From the human T2T-CHM13v2.0 reference genome, Homo sapiens, in assembly GCF_009914755.1 (NCBI RefSeq), contig NC_060925.1: a stretch of 64,000 nt of DNA. One strand, given 5' to 3'. Each line of letters begins with the position of its first letter. Position 1 is the first letter of the stretch. Below, piece after piece: positions 41,501-57,082 of the stretch. A model generated the notes under the pieces. That model did no database searches, was not told where the DNA came from, and was given only the letters and a program-made list of their open reading frames with translations. The position numbers and the translations under genes are program-made.

Positions 41501-44500
41501 ATCGAATGGTCTCGATTGGAATCATTATCAAATGGAATCGAATGGAATCACCGAATAGAATCGAATGGAACAATCATCGAATGGACTCAAATGGAATTAT
41601 CCTCAAATGGAATTGAATGGAATTATCGAATGCAATCGAATGGAATTATCGAATGCAATCGAATAGAATCATCGAATGGACTCGAATGGAATCATCGAAT
41701 GGAATGGAATGGAACAGTCAATGAACTCGAATGGAATCATCATTGAATGGAATCGAATGGAATCATCGAGTGGAATCAAATGGAATTATGATCAAATGGA
41801 ATCGAATGTAATCATCATCAAATGGAATCAAAAATAACCATCATCAATTGGTATTGAATGGAATTGTCATCAAATGGAATTCAAAGGAATCATCATCAAA
41901 TGGAACCGAATGGAATCCTCATTGAATGGAAATGAAAGGGGTCATCATCTAATGGAATCGCATGGAATCATCATCAAATGGAATCGAATGGAATCATCAT
42001 CAAATGGAATCTAATGGAATCATTGAACAGAATTGAATGGAATCGTCATCGAATGAATTGAATGCAATCATCGAATGGTCTCGAATGGAATCATCTTCTA
42101 ATGGAAAGGAATGGAATCATCGCATAGAATCGAATGGAATTATCATCGAATGGAATCGAATGGTATCAACACCAAACGGAAAAAAACGGAATTATCGAAT
42201 GGAATCGAAGAGAATCTTCGAACGGACCCGAATGGAATCATCTAATGGAATGGAATGGAATAATCCATGGACTCGAATGCAATCATCATCGAATGGAATG
42301 GAATGGAATCATCGAATGGACTCGAATGGAATAATCATTGAACGGAATCGAATGGAATCATCATCGGATGGAAACGAATGGAATCATCATCGAATGGAAA
42401 TGAAAGGAGTCATCATCTAATGGAATTGCATGGAATCATCATAAAATGGAATCGAATGGAATCAACATCAAATGGAATCAAATGGAATCATTGAACGGAA
42501 TTGAATGGAATCGTCATCGAATGAATTGACTGCAATCATCCAATGGTCGCGAATGGAATCATCTTCAAATGGAATGGAATGGAATCATCGCATAGAATCG
42601 AATGGAATTATCATCGAATGGAATCGAATGGAATCAACATCCAACGGAAAAAAACGGAATTATCGAATGGAATCGAAGAGAATCATCGAATGGACCCGAA
42701 TGGAATCATCTAATGGAATGGAATGGAATAATCCATGGACTCGAATGCAATCATCATCGAATGGAATCGAATGGAATCATCGAATGGACTCGAATGGAAT
42801 AATCATTGAACGGCATCGAATGGAATCATCATCGGATGGAAATGAATGGAATCATCATCGAATGGAATCGAATAGAATTATGGAATGAAATCCAGTGTGA
42901 TCATCATCGAATGGACCCGAATGGAATCATCATCCAACGGAAGCTAATGGAATCAACATCGAATGAATCAAATGGAAACACCATCGAATTGAAACGAATG
43001 GAATTATCATGAAATTGAAATGGATGGACTCATCATCGAATGGATTCGAATGGAATCATCGAATAAAATTGATTGAAATCATCATCCAATGGAATCGAAT
43101 GGTATCATTGAATGGAATCGAATGGAATCATCATCAGATGGAAATGAATGGAATCGTCATAGAATGGAATCGAATGGATTCATTGAATGGAATCAGATGG
43201 AATCATCGAATGGACTGGAATGGAATCATTGAATGGACTCGAAAGGGATCATTATTGAATGGAATTGAATGGAATCATCGAATGGTCTCGATTGGAATCA
43301 TTATCAAATGGAATGGAATGAAATCACCGAATAGAATCGAATGGAACAATCATCGAATGGACTCAAATGGAATTATCCTCCAATGGAATCGAATGGAATT
43401 ATCGAATGCAATCGAATGGAATTATCGAATGCAATCGAATAGAATCATCGAATGGACTCGAATGGAATCATCGAATGGAATGGAATGGAACAGTCAATGA
43501 ACTCGAATGGAATCATCATTGAATGGAATCGAATGGAATGATCGAGTGGAATCGAAAGAAATTATGATCAAATGGAAGCGAACGTAATCATCATCAAATG
43601 GAATCAAAAATAACCATCATCAATTGGTATTGAATGGAATTGTCATCAAATGGAATTCAAAGGAATCATCATCAAATGGAACCGAATGGAATCCTCATTG
43701 AATGGAAATGAAAGGGGTCATCATCGAATGGAATCGCATGGAATCATCATCAAATGGAATCGAATGGAATCATCATCAAATGGAATCTAATGGAATCATT
43801 GAACAGAATTGAATGGAATCGTCATCGAATGAATTGAATGCAATCATCGAATGGTCTCGAATGGAATCATCTTCTAATGGAAAGGAATGGAATCATCGCA
43901 TAGAATCGAATGGAATTATCATCGAATGGAATCGAATGGTATCAACATCAAACGGAAAAAAACGGAATTATCGAATGGAATCGAAGAGAATCTTCGAACG
44001 GACCCGAATGGAATCATCTAATGGAATGGAATGGAATAATCCATGGACTCGAATGCAATCATCATCGAATGGAATGGAATGGAATCATCGAATGGACTCG
44101 AATGGAATAATCATTGAACGGAATCGAATGGAATCATCATCGGATGGAAACGAATGGAATCATCATCGAATGGAAATGAAAGGAGTCATCATCTAATGGA
44201 ATTGCATGGAATCATCATAAAATGGAATCGAATGGAATCAACATCAAATGGAATCAAATGGAATCATTGAACGGAATTGAATGGAATCGTCATCGAATGA
44301 ATTGACTGCAATCATCGAATGGTCTCGAATGGAATCATCTTCAAATGGAATGGAATGGAATCATCGCATAGAATCGAATGGAATTATCATCGAATGGAAT
44401 CGAATGGAATCAACATCAAACGGAAAAAAACGGAATTATCGAATGGAATCGAAGAGAATCATCGAATGGACCCGAATGGAATCATCTAATGGAATTAAAT

Positions 44501-47500
44501 GGAATAATCCATGGACTCGAATGCAATCATCATCGAATGGAATCGAATGGAATCATCGAATGGACTCGAATGGAATAATCATTGAACGGAATCGAATGGA
44601 ATCATCATCGGATGGAAACGAATGGAATCATCATCGAATGGAATCGAATAGAATTATGGAATGAAATCCAGTGTGATCATCATCGAATGGACCCGAATGG
44701 AATCATCATCCAACGGAAGCTAATGGAATCAACATCGAATGAATCGAATGGAAACACCATCGAATTGAAACGAATGGATTTATCATGAAATTGAAATGGA
44801 TGGACTCATCATCGAATGGATTCGAATGGAATCATCGAATAAAATTGATTGAAATCATCATCCAATGGAATCGAATGGTATCATTGAATGGAATCGAATG
44901 GAATCATCATCAGATGGAAATGAATGGAATCGTCATAGAATGGAATCGAATGGATTCATTGAATGGAATCAGATGGAATCATCGAATGGACTGGAATGGA
45001 ATCATTGAATGGACTCGAAAGGGATCATTATTGAATGGAATTGAATGGAATCATCGAATGGTCTCGATTGGAATCATTATCAAATGGAATGGAATGGAAT
45101 CACCGAATAGAATCGAATGGAACAATCATCGAATGGACTCAAATGGAATTATCCTCCAATGGAATCGAATGGAATTATCGAATGCAATCGAATGGAATTA
45201 TCGAATGCAATCGAATAGAATCATCGAATGGACTCGAATGGAATCATCGAATGGAATGGAATGGAACAGTCAATGAACTCGAATGGAATCATCATTGAAT
45301 GGAATCGAATGGAATCATCGAGTGGAATCGAATGGAATTATGATCAAATGGAATCGAATGTAATCCTCATCAAATGGAATCAAAAATAACCATCATCAAT
45401 TGGTATTGAATGGAATTGTCATCAAATGGAATTCAAAGGAATCATCATCAAATGGAACCGAATGGAATCCTCATTGAATGGAAATGAAAGGGGTCATCAT
45501 CTAATGGAATCGCATGGAATCATCATCAAATGGAATCGAATGGAATCATCATCAAATGGAATCTAATGGAATCATTGAACAGAATTGAATGGAATCGTCA
45601 TCGAATGAATTGAATGCAATCATCGAATGGTCTCGAATGGAATCATCTTCTAATGGAAAGGAATGGAATCATCGCATAGAATCGAATGGAATTATCATCG
45701 AATGGAATCGAATGGTATCAACACCAAACGGAAAAAAACGGAATTATCGAATGGAATCGAAGAGAATCTTCGAACGGACCCGAATGGAATCATCTAATGG
45801 AATGGAATGGAATAATCCATGGACTCGAATGCAATCATCATCGAATGGAATCGAATGGAATCATCGAATGGACTCGAATGGAATAATCATTGAACGGAAT
45901 CGAATGGAATCATCATCGGATGGAAACGAATGGAATCATCATCGAATGGAAATGAAAGGAGTCATCATCTAATGGAATTGCATGGAATCATCATAAAATG
46001 GAATCGAATGGAATCAACATCAAATGGAATCAAATGGAATCATTGAACGGAATTGAATGAAATCGTCATCGAATGAATTGAATGCAATCATCGAATGGTC
46101 TCGAATGGAATCATCTTCAAATGGAATGGAATGGAATCATCGCATAGAATCGAATGGAATTATCATCGAATGGAATCGAATGGAATCAACATCAAACGGA
46201 AAAAAAAGTAATTATCGAATGGAATCGAAGAGAATCATCGAATGGACCCGAATGGAATCATCTAATGGAATGGAATGGAATAATCCATGGACTCGAATGC
46301 AATCATCATCGAATGGAATCGAATGGAATCATCGAATGGACTCGAATGGAATAATCATTGAACGGAATCGAATGGAATCATCATCGGATGGAAATGAATG
46401 GAATCATCATCGAATGGAATCGAATAGAATTATGGAATGAAATCCAGTGTGATCATCATCGAATGGACCCGAATGGAATCATCATCCAACGGAAGCTAAT
46501 GGAATCAACATCGAATGAATCAAATGGAAACACCATCGAATTGAAACGAATGGAATTATCATGAAATTGAAATGGATGGACTCATCATCGAATGGATTCG
46601 AATGGAATCATCGAATAAAATTGATTGAAATCATCATCGAATGGAATCGAATGGTATCATTGAATGGAATCGAATGGAATCATCATCAGATGGAAATGAA
46701 TGGAATCGTCATAGAATGGAATCGAATGGATTCATTGAATGGAATCAGATGGAATCATCGAATGGACTGGAATGGAATCATTGAATGGACTCGAAAGGGA
46801 TCATGATTGAATGGAATTGAATGGAATCATCGAATGGTCTCGATTGGAATCATTATCAAATGGAATCGAATGGAATCACCGAATAGAATCGAATGGAACA
46901 ATCATCGAATGGACTCAAATGGAATTATCCTCAAATGGAATCGAATGGAATTATCGAATGCAATCGAATGGAATTATCGAATGCAATCGAAGAGAATCAT
47001 CGAATGGACTCGAATGGAATCATCGAATGGAATGGAATGGAACAGTCAATGAACTCGAATGGAATCATCATTGAATGGAATCGAATGGAATCATCGAGTG
47101 GAATCGAATGGAATTATGATCAAATGGAATCGAATGTAATCATCATCAAATGGAATCAAAAATAACCATCATCAATTGGTATTGAATGGAATTCTCATCA
47201 AATGGAATTCAAAGGAATCATCATCAAATGGAACCGAATGGAATCCTCATTGAATGGAAATGAAAGGGGTCATCATCTAATGGAATCGCATGGAATCATC
47301 ATCAAATGGAATCGAATGGAATCAACATCAAATGGAATCTAATGGAATCATTGAACGGAATTGAATGGAATCGTCATCGAATGAATTGAATGCAATCATC
47401 GAATGGTCTCGAATGGAATCATCTTCAAATGGAATGGAATGGAATCATCGCATAGAATCGAATGGAATTATCATCGAATGGAATCGAATGGAATCAACGT

Positions 47501-50500
47501 CAAACGGAAAAAAACGGAATTATCGAATGGAATCGAAGAGAATCATCGAATGGACCCGAATGTTATCATCTAATGGAATGGAATGGAATAATCCATGGAC
47601 TCGAATGCAATCATCATCGAATGGAATCGAATGGAATCATCGAATGGACTCGAATGGAATAATCATTGAACGGAATCGAATGGAATCATCATCGGATGGA
47701 AACGAATGGAATCATCATCGAATGGAATCGAATAGATTTATGGAATGAAATCCAGTGTGATCATCATCGAATGGACCCGAATGGAATCATCATCCAACGG
47801 AAGCTAATGGAATCAACATCGAATGAATCAAATGGAAACACCATCGAATTGAAACGAATGGAATTACCATGAAATTGAAATGGATGGACTCATCATCAAA
47901 TGGATTCGAATGGAATCATCGAATAAAATTGATTGAAATCATCATCGAATGGAATCGAATGGTATCATTGAATGGAATCGAATGGAATCATCATCAGATG
48001 GAAATGAATGGAATCGTCATAGAATGGAATCGAATGGATTCATTGAATGGAATCAGATGGAATCAATGAATGGACTGGAATGGAATCATTGAATGGACTC
48101 GAAAGGGATCATTATTGAATGGAATTGAATGGAATCATCGAATGGTCTCGATTGGAATCATTATCAAATGGAATCGAATGGAATCACCGAATAGAATCGA
48201 ATGGAACAATCATCGAATGGACTCAAATGGAATTATCCTCAAATGGAATCGAATGGAATTATCGAATGCAATCGAATGGAATTATCGAATGCAATCGAAT
48301 AGAATCATCGAATGGACTCGAATGGAATCATCGAATGGAATGGAATGGAACAGTCAATGAACTCGAATGGAATCATCATTGAATGGAATCGAATGGAATC
48401 ATCGAGTGGAATCGAATGGAATTATGATCAAATTGCAATCGAATGTAATCCTCATCAAATGGAATCAAAAATAACCATCATCAATTGGTATTGAATGGAA
48501 TTGTCATCAAATGGAATTCAAAGGAATCATCATCAAATGGAACCGAATGGAATCCTCATTGAATGGAAATGAAAGGGGTCATCATCTAATGGAATCGCAT
48601 GGAATCATCATCAAATGGAATCGAATGGAATCATCATCAAATGGAATCTAATGGAATCATTGAACAGAATTGAATGGAATCGTCATCGAATGAATTGAAT
48701 GCAATCATCGAATGGTCTCGAATGGAATCATCTTCTAATGGAAAGGAATGGAATCATCGCATAGAATCGAATGGAATTATCATCGAATGGAATCGAATGG
48801 TATCAACACCAAACGGAAAAAAACGGAATTATCGAATGGAATCGAAGAGAATCTTCGAACGGACCCGAATGGAATCATCTAATGGAATGGAATGGAATAA
48901 TCCATGGACTCGAATGCAATCATCATCGAATGGAATCGAATGGAATCATCGAATGGACTCGAATGGAATAATCATTGAACGGAATCGAATGGAATCATCA
49001 TCGGATGGAAACGAATGGAATCATCATCGAATGGAAATGAAAGGAGTCATCATCTAATGGAATTGCATGGAATCATCATAAAATGGAATCGAATGGAATC
49101 AACATCAAATGGAATCAAATGGAATCATTGAACGGAATTGAATGGAATCGTCATCGAATGAATTGACTGCAATCATCGAATGGTCTCGAATGGAATCAAC
49201 TTCAAATGGAATGGAATGGAATCATCGCATAGAATCGAATGGAATTATCATCGAATGGAATCGAATGGAATCAACATCAAACGGAAAAAAACGGAATTAT
49301 CGAATGGAATCGAAGAGAATCATCGAATGGACCCGAATGGAATCATCTAATGGAATGGAATGGAATAATCCATGGACTCGAATGCAATCATCATCGAATG
49401 GAATCGAATGGAATCATCGAATGGACTCGAATGGAATAATCATTGAACGGAATCGAATGGAATCATCATCGGATGGAAATGAATGGAATCATCATCGAAT
49501 GGAATCGTATAGAATTATGGAATGAAATCCAGTGTGATCATCATCGAATGGACCCGAATGGAATCATCATCCAACGGAAGCTAATGGAATCAACATCGAA
49601 TGAATCGAATGGAAACACCATCGAATTGAAACGAATGGAATTATCATGAAATTGAAATGGATGGACTCATCATCGAATGGATTCGAATGGAATCATCGAA
49701 TAAAATTGATTGAAATCATCATCCAATGGAATCAAATGGTATCATTGAATGGAATCGAATGGAATCATCATCAGATGGAAATGAATGGAATCGTCATAGA
49801 ATGGAATCGAATGGATTCATTGAATGGAATCAGATGGAATCATCGAATGGACTGGAATGGAATCATTGAATGGACTCGAAAGGGATCATTATTGAATGGA
49901 ATTGAATGGAATCATCGAATGGTCTCGATTGGAATCATTATCAAATGGAATGGAATGGAATCACCGAATAGAATCGAATGGAACAATCATCGAATGGACT
50001 CAAATGGAATTATCCTCCAATGGAATCGAATGGAATTATCAAATGCAATCGAATGGAATTATCGAATGCAATCGAATAGAATCATCGAATGGACTCGAAT
50101 GGAATCATCGAATGGAATGGAATGGAACAGTCAATGAACTCGAATGGAATCATCATTGAATGGAATCGAATGGAATGATCGAGTGGAATCGAAAGAAATT
50201 ATGATCAAATGGAAGCGAACGTAATCATCATCAAATGGAATCAAAAATAACCATCATCAATTGGTATTGAATGGAATTGTCATCAAATGGAATTCAAAGG
50301 AATCATCATCAAATGGAACCGAATGGAATCCTCATTGAATGGAAATGAAAGGGGTCATCATCTAATGGAATCGCATGGAATCATCATCAAATGGAATCGA
50401 ATGGAATCATCATCAAATGGAATCTAATGGAATCATTGAACAGAATTGAATGGAATCGTCATCGAATGAATTGAATGCAATCATCGAATGGTCTCGAATG

Positions 50501-53500
50501 GAATCATCTTCTAATGGAAAGGAATGGAATATTCGCATAGAATCGAATGGAATTATCATCGAATGGAATCGAATGGTATCAACACCAAACGGAAAAAAAC
50601 GGAATTATCGAATGGAATCGAAGAGAATCTTCGAACGGACCCGAATGGAATCATCTAATGGAATGGAATGGAATAATCCATGGACTCGAATGCAATCATC
50701 ATCGAATGGAATGGAATGGAATCATCGAATGGACTCGAATGGAATAATCATTGAACGGAATCGAATGGAATCATCATCGGATGGAAACGAATGGAATCAT
50801 CATCGAATGGAAATGAAAGGAGTCATCATCTAATGGAATTGCATGGAATCATCATAAAATGGAATCGAATGGAATCAACATCAAATGGAATCAAATGGAA
50901 TCATTGAACGGAATTGAATGGAATCGTCATCGAATGAATTGACTGCAATCATCGAATGGTCTCGAATGGAATCATCTTCAAATGGAATGGAATGGAATCA
51001 TCGCATAGAATCGAATGGAATTATCATCGAATGGAATCGAATGGAATCAACATCAAACGGAAAAAAACGGAATTATCGAATGGAATCGAAGAGAATCATC
51101 GAATGGACCCGAATGGAATCATCTAATGGAATGGAATGGAATAATCCATGGACTCGAATGCAATCATCATCGAATGGAATCGAATGGAATCATCGAATGG
51201 ACTCGAATGGAATAATCATTGAACGGAATCGAATGGAATCATCATCGGATGGAAATGAATGGAATCATCATCGAATGGAATCGAATAGAATTATGGAATG
51301 AAATCCAGTGTGATCATCATCGAATGGACCCGAATGGAATCATCATCCAACGGAAGCTAATGGAATCAACATCGAATGAATCGAATGGAAACACCATCGA
51401 ATTGAAACGAATGGAATTATCATGAAATTGAAATGGATGGACTCATCATCGAATGGATTCGAATGGAATCATCGAATAAAATTGATTGAAATCATCATCC
51501 AATGGAATCGAATGGTATCATTGAATGGAATCGAATGGAATCATCATCAGATGGAAATGAATGGAATCGTCATAGAATGGAATCGAATGGATTCATTGAA
51601 TGGAATCAGATGGAATCATCGAATGGACTGGAATGGAATCATTGAATGGACTCGAAAGGGATCATTATTGAATGGAATTGAATGGAATCATCGAATGGTC
51701 TCGATTGGAATCATTATCAAATGGAATGGAATGGAATCACCGAATAGAATCGAATGGAACAATCATCGAATGGACTCAAATGGAATTATCCTCCAATGGA
51801 ATCGAATGGAATTATCGAATGCAATCGAATGGAATTATCGAATGCAATTGAATAGAATCATCGAATGGACTCGAATGGAATCATCGAATGGAATATAATG
51901 GAACAGTCAATGAACTCGAATGGAATCATCATTGAATGGAATCGAATGGAATCATCGAGTGGAATCGAATGGAATTATGATCAAATGGAATCGAATGTAA
52001 TCCTCATCAAATGGAATCAAAAATAACCATCATCAATTGGTATTGAATGGAATTGTCATCAAATGGAATTCAAAGGAATCATCATCAAATGGAACCGAAT
52101 GGAATCCTCATTGAATGGAAATGAAAGGGGTCATCATCTAATGGAATCGCATGGAATCATCATCAAATGGAATCGAATGGAATCATCATCAAATGGAATC
52201 TAATGGAATCATTGAACAGAATTGAATGGAATCGTCATCGAATGAATTGAATGCAATCATCGAATGGTCTCGAATGGAATCATCTTCTAATGGAAAGGAA
52301 TGGAATCATCGCATAGAATCGAATGGAATTATCATCGAATGGAATCGAATGGAATCAACATCAAACGGAAAAAAACGGAATTATCGAATGGAATCGAAGA
52401 GAATCATCGAATGGACCCGAATGGAATCATCTAATGGAATGGAATGGAATAATCCATGGAGTCGAATGCAATCATCATCGAATGGAATCGAATGGAATCA
52501 TCGAATGGACTCGAATGGAATAATCATTGAACGGAATCGAATGGAATCATCATCGGATGGAAATGAATGGAATCATCATCGAATGGAATCGAATAGAATT
52601 ATGGAATGAAATCCAGTGTGATCATCATCGAATGGACCCGAATGGAATCATCATCCAACGGAAGCTAATGGAATCAACATCGAATGAATCGAATGGAAAC
52701 ACCATCGAATTGAAACGAATGGAATTATCATGAAATTGAAATGGATGGACTCATCATCGAATGGATTCGAATGGAATCATCGAATAAAATTGATTGAAAT
52801 CATCATCCAATGGAATCGAATGGTATCATTGAATGGAATCGAATGGAATCATCATCAGATGGAAATGAATGGAATCGTCATAGAATGGAATCGAATGGAT
52901 TCATTGAATGGAATCAGATGGAATCATCGAATGGACTGGAATGGAATCATTGAATGGACTCGAAAGGGATCATGATTGAATGGAATTGAATGGAATCATC
53001 GAATGGTCTCGATTGGAATCATTATCAAATGGAATCGAATGGAATCACCGAATAGAATCGAATGGAACAATCATCGAATGGACTCAAATGGAATTATCCT
53101 CCAATGGAATCGAATGGAATTATCGAATGCAATCGAATGGAATTATCGAATGCAATCGAATAGAATCATCGAATGGACTCGAATGGAATCATCGAATGGA
53201 ATGGAATGGAACAGTCAATGAACTCGAATGGAATCATCATTGAATGGAATCGAATGGAATCATCGAGTGGAATCGAATGGAATTATGATCAAATGGAATC
53301 GAATGTAATCCTCATCAAATGGAATCAAAAATAACCATCATCAATTGGTATTGAATGGAATTGTCATCAAATGGAATTCAAAGGAATCATCATCAAATGG
53401 AACCGAATGGAATCCTCATTGAATGGAAATGAAAGGGGTCATCATCTAATGGAATCGCATGGAATCATCATCAAATGGAATCGAATGGAATCATCATCAA

Positions 53501-56500
53501 ATGGAATCTAATGGAATCATTGAACAGAATTGAATGGAATCGTCATCGAATGAATTGAATGCAATCATCGAATGGTCTCGAATGGAATCATCTTCTAATG
53601 GAAAGGAATGGAATCATCGCATAGAATCGAATGGAATTATCATCGAATGGAATCGAATGGTATCAACACCAAACGGAAAAAAACGGAATTATCGAATGGA
53701 ATCGAAGAGAATCTTCGAACGGACCCGAATGGAATCATCTAATGGAATGGAATGGAATAATCCATGGACTCGAATGCAATCATCATCGAATGGAATCGAA
53801 TGGAATCATCGAATGGACTCGAATGGAATAATCATTGAACGGAATCGAATGGAATCATCATCGGATGGAAACGAATGGAATCATCATCGAATGGGAATGA
53901 AAGGAGTCATCATCTAATGGAATTGCATGGAATCATCATAAAATGGAATCGAATGGAATCAACATCAAATGGAATCAAATGGAATCATTGAACGGAATTG
54001 AATGGAATCGTCATCGAATGAATTGAATGCAATCATCGAATGGTCTCGAATGGAATCATCTTCAAATGGAATGGAATGGAATCATCGCATAGAATCGAAT
54101 GGAATTATCATCGAATGGAATCGAATGGAATCAACACCAAACGGAAAAAAACGGAATTATCAAATGGAATCGAAGAGAATCATCGAATGGACCCAAATGG
54201 AATCATCTAACGGAATGGAATGGAATAATCCATGGACTCGAATGCAATCATCATCGAATGGAATCGAATGGAATCATCGAATGGACTCGAATGGAATAAT
54301 CATTGAACGGAATCAAATGGAATCATCATCGGATGGAAATGAATGGAATCGTCATCGAATGGAATCGAATAGAATTATGGAATGAAATCCAGTGTGATCA
54401 TCATCGAATGGACCTGAATGGAATCATCATCCAATGGAAGCTAATGGAATCAACATCGAATGAATCAAATTGAAACACCATCGAATTGAAACGAATGGAA
54501 TTACCATGAAATTGAAATGGATGGACTCATCATCGAATGGATTCGAAAGGAATCATCGAATAAAATTGATTGAAATCATCATCGAATGGAATCGAATGGT
54601 ATCATTGAATGGAATCGAATGGAATCATCATCAGATGGAAATGAATGGAATCGTCATAGAATGGAATCGAATGGATTCATTGAATGGAATCAGATGGAAT
54701 CATCGAATGGACTGGAATGGAATCATTGAATGGACTCGAAAGAGATCATGATTGAATGGAATTGAATGGAATCATCGAATGGTCTCGATTGGAATCATTA
54801 TCAAATGGAATCGAATGGAATCACCGAATAGAATCGAATGGAACAATCATCGAATGGACTCAAATGGAATTATCCTCCAATGGAATCGAATGGAATTATC
54901 GAATGCAATCGAATGGAATTATCGAATGCAATCGAATAGAATCATCGAATGGACTCGAATGGAATCATCGAATGGAATGGAATGGAACAGTCAATGAACT
55001 CGAATGGAATCATCATTGAATGGAATCGAATGGAATCATCGAGTGGAATCGAATGGAATTATGATCAAATGGAATCGAATGTAATCATCATCAAATGGAA
55101 TCAAAAATAACCATCATCAATTGGAATTGAATGGAATTGTCATCAAATGGAATTCAAAGGAATCATCATCAAATGGAACCGAATGGAATCCTCATTGAAT
55201 GGAAATGAAAGGGGTCATCTAATGGAATCGCATGGAATCATCATCAAATGGAATCGAATGGAATCATCATCAAATGGAATCTAATGGAATCATTGAACAG
55301 AATTTAATGGAATCGTCATCGAATGAATTGAATGCAATCATCGAATGGTCTCGAATGGAACCATCTTCTAATGGAAAGGAATGGAATCATCGCATAGAAT
55401 CGAATGGAATTATCATCGAATGGAATCGAATGGTATCAACACCAAACGGAAAAAAACGGAATTATCGAATGGAATCGAAGAGAATCTTCGAACGGACCCG
55501 AATGGAATCATCTAATGGAATGGAATGGAATAATCCATGGACTCGAATGCAATCATCATCGAATGGAATCGAATGGAATCATCGAATGGACTCGAATGGA
55601 ATAATCATTGAACGGAATCGAATGGAATCATCATCGGATGGAAACGAATGGAATCATCATCGAATGGGAATGAAAGGAGTCATCATCTAATGGAATTGCA
55701 TGTAATCATCATAAAATGGAATCGAATGGAATCAACATCAAATGGAATCAAATGGAATCATTGAACGGAATTGAATGGAATCGTCATCGAATGAATTAAA
55801 TGCAATCATCGAATGGTCTCGAATGGAATCATCTTCAAATGGAATGGAATGGAATCATCGCATAGAATCGAATGGAATTATCATCGAATGGAATCGAATG
55901 GAATCAACATCAAACGGAAAAAAACGGAATTATCGAATGGAATCGAAGAGAATCATCGAATGCACCCGAATGGAATCATCTAATGGAATGGAATGGAATA
56001 ATCCATGGACTCGAATGCAATCATCATCGAATGGAATCGAATGGAATCATCGAATGGACTCGAATGGAATAATCATTGAACGGAATCAAATGGAATCATC
56101 ATCGGATGGAAATGAATGGAATCGTCATCGAATGGAATCGAATAGAATTATGGAATGAAATCCAGTGTGATCATCATCGAATGGACCTGAATGGAATCAT
56201 CATCCAACGGAAGCTAATGGAATCAACATCGAATGAATCAAATGGAAACACCATCGAATTGAAACGAATGGAATTACCATGAAATTGAAATGGATGGACT
56301 CATCATCGAATGGATTCGAATGGAATCATCGAATAAAATTGATTGAAATCATCATCGAATGGAATCGAATGGTATCATTGAATGGAATCGAATGGAATCA
56401 TCATCAGATGGAAATGAATGGAATCGTCATAGAATGGAATCGAATGGATTCATTGAATGGAATCAGATGGAATCAGTGAATGGACTGTAATGGAATCATT

Positions 56501-57082
56501 GAATGGACTCGAAAGGGATCATTATTGAATGGAATTGAATGGAATCATCGAATGGTCTCGATTGGAATCATTATCAAATGGAATCGAATGGAATCACCGA
56601 ATAGAATCGAATGGAACAATCATCGAATGGACTCAAATGGAATTATCCTCAAATGGAATCGAATGGAATTATCGAATGCAATCGAATGGAATTATCGAAT
56701 GCAATCGAATAGAATCATCGAATGGACTCGAATGGAATCATCGAATGGAATGGAATGGAACAGTCAATGAACTCGAATGGAATCATCATTGAATGGAATC
56801 GAATGGAATCATCGAGTGGAATCGAAAGGAATTATGACCAAATGGAATCGAATGTAATCATCATCAAATGGAATCAAAAATAACCATCATCAATTGGTAT
56901 TGAATGGAATTGTCATCAAATGGAATTCAAAGGAATCATCATCAAATGGAACCGAATGGAATCCTCATTGAATGGAAATGAAAGGGGTCATCATCTAATG
57001 GAATCGCATGGAATCATCATCAAATGGAATCGAATGGAATCATCATCAAATGGAATCTAATGGAATCATTGAAAAGAATTGA
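38508..57082. repeat. Mostly canonical S-L tract with two S-less L-L junctions (at 47365 and 52226)
   Basis: Anchors 38508, 38976, 40261, 40729, 42037, 42505, 43813, 44281, 45589, 46057, 47365, 48674, 49142, 50450, 50918, 52226, 53534, 54002, 55307 and 55775. Confidence 0.88.

Noticed and set aside
55205-55225. 3-bp cat deletion and a nearby substitution that extend an ORF to 152 aa
   Set aside because: This is ordinary slippage in a catcat run plus loss of a chance stop codon, with no functional implication.
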